A stretch of DNA of 62,147 nucleotides, filler included. It is 4 parts of 4 records of this genome, joined end to end, with 100 filler letters (N's around TTAATTAATTAA, not from the genome) between each part and the next. Parts side by side here need not be neighbours in the genome. Positions count along the whole stretch, not along the records: positions 24,508 to 33,109 come from SRR31156797_5551; positions 33,210 to 50,612 come from SRR31156797_5554; 2 more parts are not named here. The stretch is one strand, 5' to 3'. The translations under genes and the position numbers were made by a program. Positions within the stretch are counted from its first letter, which is position 1, and the number at the start of each line of letters is the position of its first letter. The notes below the pieces were generated by a model. It was not told the origin of the DNA. It ran no database searches and saw only the letters and a list, made by a program, of their open reading frames with translations. Below, piece by piece: positions 30,340-38,150 of this stretch.

Positions 30340-30406
30340 AGTTTATTAATTAAGAGTTTGAAATATTTTTGTCTTTATATAGATTTGCACCAAACAAGGA
30401 GTTAAA

Positions 30407-30790
30407 ATGCCAAAAGCAGAAGGTTTAAGCCTGCCATTTGAAGATCACAGCCATATCAGACCCGATATGCTTGAGACAATTCCCTATGAAGGTGAAGATC
30501 AGACCATCCATCTCGATTATCCGGAGTTTTCAGCCGTATGTCCTTTCAGTGGACTTCCGGATGTGGCATCGGTCTATGTAGCCTACGTACCATCGGATAA
30601 GATCGTGGAACTGAAATCTCTGAAATATTATTATATCTCTTATAGAAATATTGGCATTTATCAAGAGGACATGACAAATCGAATTTACAAAGATTTGAAG
30701 GCTCTTCTTGAACCAAAGAAATTATATATTAAAACCATCTATAATGTTCGTGGCGGCATAGAGACCACATGCGAAATTGGAACAAAATAA
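30407..30790 (+). CDS. queF: NADPH-dependent preQ0 reductase, type I
   Basis: PEFSAVCPFSGLPD with the catalytic Cys/Asp, QueF motif ELKSLKYY, and RGGI. Confidence 0.92.
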   Translation: MPKAEGLSLPFEDHSHIRPDMLETIPYEGEDQTIHLDYPEFSAVCPFSGLPDVASVYVAYVPSDKIVELKSLKYYYISYRNIGIYQEDMTNRIYKDLKALLEPKKLYIKTIYNVRGGIETTCEIGTK

Positions 30791-30800
30791 AGGAAGAAGA

Positions 30801-31766
30801 ATGAAGAACTATGTTATCCCCGTATTGATCACCTTACTTTTACTCGTTGGTTGCGGAGGCGAAGGTTATGTCTCGGTAAAGAATGATACACCCACGTCGA
30901 TTTTGGTCAGTGTTAATAATGCTGCAGATGAAGTTGTTGCAGCCGGTGATACCAGCGATACCTATAACGTTGCCTTAATGAAAGGTGTAATCAATAACAT
31001 TTCTGTAGAAGCTACCGGCGAATGGGTCGGAAACTATTCAGGTACAGCTGCCGTAACGGATGGCGAATCTGTTGTTCATCGTATTTCACCGCAAGTTGCG
31101 GATCTTACGCTGACCAACCTGTCCGTTGATTCTGCTAATTGTGTTCTGGAAGGTTATGATACGATATTCTTTGTCGGTGATGACTTTATTGCGGATAAAT
31201 ACACCGTTGATGGCAGTGTGGATGTAAAATATGCCGGTAAGTATTCTTTTTTAACCGAGGCAACATTGTCTTGGATGCCGGGTAGTACTTATAGCTATGA
31301 ATTAACCCCCAATGCTTGCGAAATTCAGATGAACAATATCCACTTCGTGTATACGGTTTATTATGTTTATCTCAGCAAATCAACGGATCAATCATGGGGC
31401 GACGATCAACTGGGTGATGACGTGGTTGAAACCGGTTACGGATATGTTTGGAAAGCCGATGGTGATGTAAAATGGGATATGCGTATAGAAGCAGGTCACC
31501 CGCATCCGGACAGTTCATTACATGTATACGAATATTATGATACGGATCCGGGTTGTACCTCAGACTTAACATGGATCTATGAATTCCCGACTATCTTTAC
31601 AGCTGCAACTGCTACAGCGGCATCCAAAATCGCCGGTCCGGACAACAATGTCATGAAACCTGCTTCCTTGGCGAAATCATGGGATAACAGCCTGACTCCT
31701 TCACGCATCGAAAAGATCAAAAAAGTTGATGCAGGTAAAGGCGGATTGAAAGCATTGCGTAAATAA
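30801..31766 (+). CDS. Hypothetical lipoprotein, beta-rich
   Basis: MKNYVIPVLITLLLLVGC lipobox; acidic, beta-strand-rich body. Confidence 0.75.
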   Translation: MKNYVIPVLITLLLLVGCGGEGYVSVKNDTPTSILVSVNNAADEVVAAGDTSDTYNVALMKGVINNISVEATGEWVGNYSGTAAVTDGESVVHRISPQVADLTLTNLSVDSANCVLEGYDTIFFVGDDFIADKYTVDGSVDVKYAGKYSFLTEATLSWMPGSTYSYELTPNACEIQMNNIHFVYTVYYVYLSKSTDQSWGDDQLGDDVVETGYGYVWKADGDVKWDMRIEAGHPHPDSSLHVYEYYDTDPGCTSDLTWIYEFPTIFTAATATAASKIAGPDNNVMKPASLAKSWDNSLTPSRIEKIKKVDAGKGGLKALRK

Positions 31767-31788
31767 TAATATTATTAATGAATAAATA

Positions 31789-31818
31789 GTAGGGGCGTAT
31801 TGCATACGCCCCCTTTTT
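31789..31818. repeat. GTAG-type REP palindrome that may also act as a terminator
   Basis: GTAGGGGCGTAT-tgc-ATACGCCCC followed by a T-run, between convergent genes. Confidence 0.7.
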
Positions 31819-31857
31819 TATTTAATTAGAATTATTTAACGCTCTGTTAAAAGAATT

Positions 31858-32337
31858 TCAGACTGACCGTTTCCCCAACTTATTCTTATATTTTGTTTGC
31901 AATGCCGTAAGAAAATTCCTCAGATACTGATCCATGCAAGGTCGATAGGACTTGTGACCGGGCTTACGAAAAAAGGCACTTAATTCATGTTTACTTAGCT
32001 TAACATTAACTGAGTCGAACAGATCTAAGATATCATCCGCCTTGAAATTTAGTGCGATCTTCAGTTTTCGAAAGATGATGTTATTGTTTAAACGATCTTC
32101 CGGTTCCGGTTGGGGACCTTCTTTTCTCCCGCGTGTTTCAATGATCAAGCCGTTAAGGAATAGGGCCAGTTCTCTATCTGTAAGATCTTTTAATAATGGA
32201 TCATCCATTTTTCTTAACCAGTTTTTTACATCAGCTGGGCTGACATCGTAATTGACCGATTTAAAAAGGGCGATCATTTTCTCATCAGAAAAATTATACA
32301 TGTATCGAATACGTCGTAAAATATCATTGTTGGTCAT
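31858..32337 (-). CDS. DUF1456 / YehS family protein
   Basis: MTNNDILRRIRY, FLNGLI...RG, NN.IFRKLKIAL and SKHELSAFFRK motifs. Confidence 0.88.
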   Translation of the reverse strand: MTNNDILRRIRYMYNFSDEKMIALFKSVNYDVSPADVKNWLRKMDDPLLKDLTDRELALFLNGLIIETRGRKEGPQPEPEDRLNNNIIFRKLKIALNFKADDILDLFDSVNVKLSKHELSAFFRKPGHKSYRPCMDQYLRNFLTALQTKYKNKLGKRSV

Positions 32338-32375
32338 ATGCTATTTCTTTTCATTTATTGATTGTAAAAACATAA

Positions 32376-33053
32376 CTACTTGATCACAGCTCTCAAATGC
32401 TCCGCCCAGATATTGTATCCTTCTTCATTGGGATGCAAGCCGTCTTTGAACAAAGCATCATTGGCATAGTCAGAGTTTTCATCCTTAAAAAATGGATAGA
32501 TGTTCACAAAGGTCATGCCGTTCTTTTTTGCCAATTTCTCAAGGAAAATATTCAGGTCTTTGATCATTTGGGGCGGACAGTTTTTCCATCTGGGGGAGGT
32601 GGGGAGTATGGAATGTAAGTAAACATCGTAATTGTAATTATTTTTAATTTGCTTTATCAATTCACGGTATAAATATTTGATCTCTTTTTCGCTGCGTTTT
32701 GCACCGATATCATTGATGCCCAAAAGAATGAATAATTTTCCATATTCGGCATCACCCAAACAAACATCCAGGCGTTTGATCACACCGTCGATATGATCGG
32801 AAACGATACCCCGGTTGATCGTATGCATATCAGGGAAGTATTTTTCAAGGTCGAAACCTTCGGTAATTGAATTCCCAAGGAAAATGGCCGAGCCGTTTTT
32901 AATACTGTCCTGTTCACTGACAAAGATCTCCATACGTTTATGCCAATGGGAATAATCATTCAATGGCTTAATGTTGGCCATTGTACTTTGGCAGGATGAA
33001 AGAAGGATGATTGTGCTTATCAACAATATTGGAATGACTTTGTTTGTGTTCAT
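32376..33053 (-). CDS. SGNH/GDSL hydrolase lipoprotein
   Basis: LLSSC lipobox; FLGNSITE, NRG, GIND and DGLHPN blocks; likely start ATG33053. Confidence 0.88.
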   Translation of the reverse strand: MNTNKVIPILLISTIILLSSCQSTMANIKPLNDYSHWHKRMEIFVSEQDSIKNGSAIFLGNSITEGFDLEKYFPDMHTINRGIVSDHIDGVIKRLDVCLGDAEYGKLFILLGINDIGAKRSEKEIKYLYRELIKQIKNNYNYDVYLHSILPTSPRWKNCPPQMIKDLNIFLEKLAKKNGMTFVNIYPFFKDENSDYANDALFKDGLHPNEEGYNIWAEHLRAVIK

Positions 33054-33081
33054 GAATATCACTTTATAATTGTTAAATGTT

Positions 33082-33109
33082 GTAGGGACGCGATGCATCG
33101 CGTCCCTAC
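33082..33109. repeat. Perfect 28-bp GTAG-type REP palindrome at the contig end
   Basis: GTAGGGACGCGATG-CATCGCGTCCCTAC. Confidence 0.8.
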
Positions 33110-33209
33110 NNNNNNNNNNNNNNNNNNNNNNNNNNNNNNNNNNNNNNNNNNNNTTAATTAATTAANNNNNNNNNNNNNNNNNNNNNNNNNNNNNNNNNNN
33201 NNNNNNNNN
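33110..33209. other. Artificial contig-joining spacer
   Basis: N44-TTAATTAATTAA-N44. Confidence 0.97.
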
Positions 33210-33638
33210 ATAGTGAGTTTCCGGTCTTGTCCGGACATAGCCGTGCATCAAATTCCCAGAATTTTTTGAAAATTATTTTCATGAAAGTTCATGGGCGATC
33301 CAAAGGCATCGCTTCGGCCGAAAACATCAATTCGGTTCACTTTATTGAATTCCGAATCCTAATTTATTTTTTTCCGCAACCCTTGATTCTTGTTTCATTC
33401 GTACAGGCTGAAAAAGTATGTATCTCAAACGGTTTTTTGTCACAGACACAGCGACACGGTTTTCCAGCTGGATCCCTGCAGCTCGCGGGGAAATATTTAC
33501 AGGTGGTCGGTTTTTCAACATGCCGGGGAAAAACAGGTCCCAAGAAAGGAAAAATCCTTTTAACTCAAACTTCTTGCCCTTTGCCTGGGTGGAGCCTGCA
33601 CGCCTCGCCGCCTGGAGGCGGCCCGGAAAAAATGCGGG

Positions 33639-34611
33639 GTGATTCCGCATCGGATGGAAAAATTCGGAGTGGTTTTGCGCTCGCAGGTGACCGGCGGAAA
33701 AAAGAAACGGCAATTTCATCGGGCCGCCGTGGAATACCGGCTTATGGCCGGCGGACGCGTGGAGCCGGTTTCCCTTCCCAAATGTCCGTGGCAGGGACAT
33801 TATAAAAGATTTACCGGCTTCAGCGACCTCAAGCAACCTTTCGACAATTTCGCTTATGGTTTCCATCCCGAAAGAGCGCCCCGGGTGTATGAACCCCTCG
33901 ATTTTATCCCCCGGCTTCGCAGTTCCCGGTTCGGAACCCTTTTTCACGAAAATTCCCCGCTGACGCCTGTGGAACCCTGGCTCTACAAACAGTTCCGGGC
34001 GGCACGATACAACAGCCTGAAGGGAGCCCAGCTCTACAACACGGCCCTGACGGCTTTCGACGGGCTTCTGGGCGACCATCGATTTTCGGAGTGTCTTGCC
34101 GCCGAAACCGTTTTTACAATCCAATCCAGCGGAAAAATGCGCCGTTTGAAAGAGGGAGATCTCAGGCAGGTGGCGGAGATCGGCGATCTTCTGCCGCCGG
34201 GTTTCGAAAAAATTGGTCCTCCTGGACAACAACCTTTTTGAGGGCGTTACCCCTTCCCAGATTCGGGTGATCTGCATGTACGGCTACGACACCTCCCTTT
34301 CCCAGGATATCGCCCGGTTTTCCTATCTGCAGCAAAAGGGCATCTGCCCTTTCGTTCAGTGCTATCAACCCATCCTTGGGGCGACTGCACCGGAGCCGGC
34401 CGGTTATTTCGACACCGACGTACGTGGACTTCTCAACATCCACTTTGCCCAAAACGGGAGGATTTTCGAAAATTATCTCAAATGGGTGAGTTTTCAATAC
34501 GCAAAGACCTTCGGAAAGCTGTATATGCCCCTTGTGGATCTTATCTTCAAATACAACTACCGGTCTTATAAACACAAATACATTGAAACACTAGCCGGTA
34601 TCCGGAAATAA
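33639..34611 (+). pseudogene. Frameshifted, degenerate radical-SAM-like gene (ORFs 33639-34241 and 34213-34611)
   Basis: Removing one A from the A6 run at 34207-34212 fuses ...KEGDLRQVAEIGDLLPPGFEK to LVLLDNNLF...MYGYDT...PFVQCY, a radical-SAM-like pattern, but no CxxxCxxC remains. Confidence 0.45.
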
Positions 34612-34879
34612 GATTCACAATTTCAATAAAATACACCTTGATCATCTGCCGGGATATCCGGAAAAAATCCTCCTCCGAATTCTTCCATTGATGCCCGGGA
34701 AGGGTTCATCTTCCCATCACGTCACAGCCTTTCACGAAATCACCGAATGGTCGATAAGTGATGGACGGCTGCATTCACCCAAAAAAAGCTACTTTCCGAA
34801 GGTTTCAACCGGGACAAAAAATCCACCGGAGCACCTTGTCCCATTTGTGGGGACCACCGATTCGGAGGATTAAAAATTC

Positions 34880-34938
34880 TTGACAAGAGGAAGCGTTTCA
34901 GAATAAATGGTTGTTACAACATCATTTGTTGTAACAAC
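34880..34938 (+). promoter_or_regulatory. Promoter and double palindromic operator upstream of marR
   Basis: TTGACA at 34880-85; GTTGTTACAACA-tcatt-TGTTGTAACAAC at 34910-34938, where each arm contains a GTTGT-N-ACAAC palindrome. Confidence 0.78.
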
Positions 34939-34966
34939 TAATAACCGATTTTTTTGAGAGGTTTCC

Positions 34967-35446
34967 ATGGGGTTGAAAATTGATTTGTCCCGAATAGAGG
35001 GTTCACCGGGGTTTCTGCTGAACCAAGCAAATTCGCTAATGAAACTTGGTCTTTTTCACGCATTCAAAAAAAAGGGATTCGACATCACCCATGAACACTG
35101 GTCGATTTTGAGGATTCTTTGGGATGAAGAACGGCTCCCACAGACCAAAATTGCCGAAAAAACGAAGAAAGACCGACCTAACATTACCAGGATCATCGAT
35201 GTCTTGGAAAAAAATGGGTACGTCCGGCGCGCAATTGATCCCGATGATCGCAGAATACAAAATGTTACCCTCACGGACAAAGGAAAATCCATTCAAGATC
35301 AACTCACGCCCTTGGCACTGCATTTCTTAGATGACGCTTTCACCGGCGTGACGCAGGAGGAATACAATATCTTTGCCAATGTCTTAGGAAAACTCATTCA
35401 AAATATAAACAATTCCAAAAGCATCGGAAAGGAGCGCAGAAAATGA
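34967..35446 (+). CDS. MarR family regulator
   Basis: ITHEHWSIL..LW, DRPNITRIIDVLEKNGYVRR..DPDDRR...VTLTDKG; ATGA overlap with the next gene. Confidence 0.95.
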   Translation: MGLKIDLSRIEGSPGFLLNQANSLMKLGLFHAFKKKGFDITHEHWSILRILWDEERLPQTKIAEKTKKDRPNITRIIDVLEKNGYVRRAIDPDDRRIQNVTLTDKGKSIQDQLTPLALHFLDDAFTGVTQEEYNIFANVLGKLIQNINNSKSIGKERRK

Positions 35447-37620
35447 AAGAAGTACGACGTAGTTATTGCGGGCTTTGCCACCCGCGTTGCGGTACGCTTC
35501 TGCATATTGAAAACGGCCGCGTCGTTCAGGTGACCGGTGATCCGAATCATCCCGTCACAAGGGGAGTCATTTGCCCGCGGGCTCGCCTGATGCCGGCGCA
35601 TCTCTATCATCGGGACCGGTTGAATTATCCCCTAAAACGAGTTGGCGACAAAGGCAGTGGAAAATGGCAAAGACTGACCTGGGACCAGGCGCTCGATGAA
35701 ATCGCCGAAAAGCTGAGCGCTTTACGAGACCGGCACGGAGCGGAAACCCTTGCGTTCACTCACGGCACCAAACGCACGTATCATTGGGATCAGCGCCGGT
35801 TTTTCAATATCTTCGGGTCTCCCAACACTTGCGGAGCCAACAATATATGCATGTGTCCCAGCTACGCTACGGATTATGCGACCTACGGGGGGATGGTCTG
35901 GAGCGAGGTCATGGGAGCTAAATGCATTGTCATTTGGGGCCAAGGGCCTTTCAACTCAGAGCCCACCGGCACTTTTGCCAAAATGAACCGGGCAAGGAAA
36001 CAAGGGGCAAAGCTGATCGTGATTGATCCGCGTCGTACCAAAGAAGCGGAAATGGCGGATTTTTGGCTTCAAATTCGCCCCGGCACAGATGTAGCCTTGA
36101 TGCTCTGCTGGATACGGCTGATCATCGAGCAAGAATTGTTCGATCGAGAATTCGTGGAAAAGTGGACCACCGGTTTTGAAGACCTTTGGGCGGCAGTGGC
36201 AACGTATACCCCGGAAAAGGTGTCCGAGATCACGATGGTACCTACCGAACGCATCGTCGAATCCGCCCGCCTCTACGCCACCACCAAACCGGCGGTCATT
36301 CCTTTCGGCTACGGATTGGACAAGCAGGGGGTGAATGCCACTCAAGCCGCCAGGGGGAGGGCCATCCTCAGGGCCATTACCGGAAATTTGGAAGTGCCGG
36401 GTGGTGAGACGTTCAGTGTGACCGGTGATGTGGCAAAGGTTTTGGGTGACGACGATCTGGAGTTCAACGACGCTTTACCCAAAGAGCAGCGGATCAAGCA
36501 ATTGGGCATCGACCGCTATCCTTTCTTTGGTTTTCCCGGGTGGGAAAGGACGTTTGCGGCCAACCGGAAACTAGCTGACGGATACGTGACGCCTCCTCTG
36601 GCGGACAAGGTGTGTCTGGCCTTTGCCCCGGCCGTCTTCAACGCTGCTATCACCGGTGAACCGTACCCGGTAACCGCCATGATCACCCTGGCCAACAATC
36701 CCCTGCTGGCTTTTCCAAACACCAAGAGAGTTTTCGAAGCCTTGAAAGCGCTCCAGCTTTACGTGGTCATGGACTATTATCTGACACCTTCTGCCGCGTT
36801 GGCCGATTATGTTTTCCCTGCCTCCTCCACTGTGGAGCAACCCGAGCTGTGGCGTAGCAACAATTTCTGTATGGCCTGCCCTCCGGGATTGAAGCCGCTT
36901 TACGAGCGGCGGAACAGCTATGATTTTTACCGGGGTTTGGGTTTACGGCTCGGCCAGGCCGAGCACTGGCCTTGGGAGACCGTGGAATCGGTGTACGATC
37001 ATTGCCTCGAACCCATTGGCCTGACTTTTCAAGCACTGGCCGACCACTACGGGTTTTGGGGGAAAATGGAATACAAACGCTATGAAAAATACGGTTTCGG
37101 CACCCCCTCGGGCAAGGTGGAAATCAGGTCTTCGATTTTTGAGGACCTGAATCTGGAACCGCTGCCCGTTTACCGGGAACCGGTCTGGAGCCCTGAAGGC
37201 AGCCCGGACCTCGCCCGGAAATACCCGTTCATCCTGATTACCGGTAGTCGATTTCTTCCCATGTATCATTCCGAACAAAGGCAGATTGACAAAGCACGCC
37301 GGAAGGTGCCGAATCCCTTGGTCCGTCTCAACCCCGAAACGGCTGCGGACCTGGGTCTGGTGCCAGGCGATTGGGCAATCATTTCCACTCCCTTGGGTAA
37401 GATTCGCATGCAGGTGGAGATTACCGATGCGATCCATCCCCGCATGGTGGATCTGCATCACGGGTGGTGGTTTCCGGAACGTGATCAAAAACTTCCGGAA
37501 CTTTTTGGCGTCTTTGAATCGAATGCGAATTTGTTGTGTCCTGATGAACCGGAGTTTTGCAGCCCTGAAATCGGCAGTTGGCCTCATTCGGCTTTATTGT
37601 GCCGTGTGGAAAAAAAATAA
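35443..37620 (+). CDS. Mo/W-bisPGD oxidoreductase, acetylene-hydratase-like subfamily
   Basis: CGLCHPRC...ICPR FS0 motif, WDQALDEIAEKL, RRFFNIFGSPNTCGANNIC (Cys136 at the ligand position), RPGTDVAL, GFGTPSGKVEI; no signal peptide. Confidence 0.88.
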   Translation: MKEVRRSYCGLCHPRCGTLLHIENGRVVQVTGDPNHPVTRGVICPRARLMPAHLYHRDRLNYPLKRVGDKGSGKWQRLTWDQALDEIAEKLSALRDRHGAETLAFTHGTKRTYHWDQRRFFNIFGSPNTCGANNICMCPSYATDYATYGGMVWSEVMGAKCIVIWGQGPFNSEPTGTFAKMNRARKQGAKLIVIDPRRTKEAEMADFWLQIRPGTDVALMLCWIRLIIEQELFDREFVEKWTTGFEDLWAAVATYTPEKVSEITMVPTERIVESARLYATTKPAVIPFGYGLDKQGVNATQAARGRAILRAITGNLEVPGGETFSVTGDVAKVLGDDDLEFNDALPKEQRIKQLGIDRYPFFGFPGWERTFAANRKLADGYVTPPLADKVCLAFAPAVFNAAITGEPYPVTAMITLANNPLLAFPNTKRVFEALKALQLYVVMDYYLTPSAALADYVFPASSTVEQPELWRSNNFCMACPPGLKPLYERRNSYDFYRGLGLRLGQAEHWPWETVESVYDHCLEPIGLTFQALADHYGFWGKMEYKRYEKYGFGTPSGKVEIRSSIFEDLNLEPLPVYREPVWSPEGSPDLARKYPFILITGSRFLPMYHSEQRQIDKARRKVPNPLVRLNPETAADLGLVPGDWAIISTPLGKIRMQVEITDAIHPRMVDLHHGWWFPERDQKLPELFGVFESNANLLCPDEPEFCSPEIGSWPHSALLCRVEKK

Positions 37621-37797
37621 TGGGTTGGGTTCTCACTTCGGCCATTGGATGCAATCGGGTTTCTTTCGTGACGAATCCGGTCTGCAGATTACCTGGTTCC
37701 GCCTCAAGGGGAATTCAAATACCGGCCAATCATAAAACCAAGCCCGGAATAATGGATTCAGAGCGCTAGAACGGGAGAGTGAATAAGGGAAAGCAAT

Positions 37798-38007
37798 ATG
37801 AAAAAACTAGGTACAAAAGGACAAAAGTGGGTAAAAGGGGGTCATATTCTTTTTGCATGCATGTGGATCGGTGCAGCGATTACCCTTTCTTTGATGAATG
37901 CGCTTTTAAAAGCCACTGAAGGAATGCAGTTATACGGTATTGATGCCTCAATGAAGTTTAACGACAAGCGGCCCTTTTTGAAGCCTATTCCTCATCCCTA
38001 TTCGTGA
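37798..38007 (+). pseudogene. Truncated membrane-protein gene (DUF2269-like N-terminus)
   Basis: MKKLGTKGQKWVKGGHILFACMWIGA..., with RBS and one TM helix, then loss of coding character after ...SMKFND. Confidence 0.5.
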
Positions 38008-38150
38008 GTCTTGAAACCGAGGTTTACCGGCCCCTTTTTTTTCTTCCAACCGCAAAGGGTTATGCCCATGAAAACAAATGCCGACCCGGTCAATGGATCA
38101 AAAATATCACATTTTGGGGTCAAGCATTCATCCTGCAGCACCATGGGAAA

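Noticed and set aside
30226..30406. preQ1 riboswitch upstream of queF
   Set aside because: No recognisable preQ1 consensus; the structure is a long REP-like palindrome. An Rfam scan would settle it.
33227..34277. ORFs 33227-33805 (+) and 33342-34277 (-)
   Set aside because: No motifs or RBS; they overlap the more plausible plus-strand remnant.
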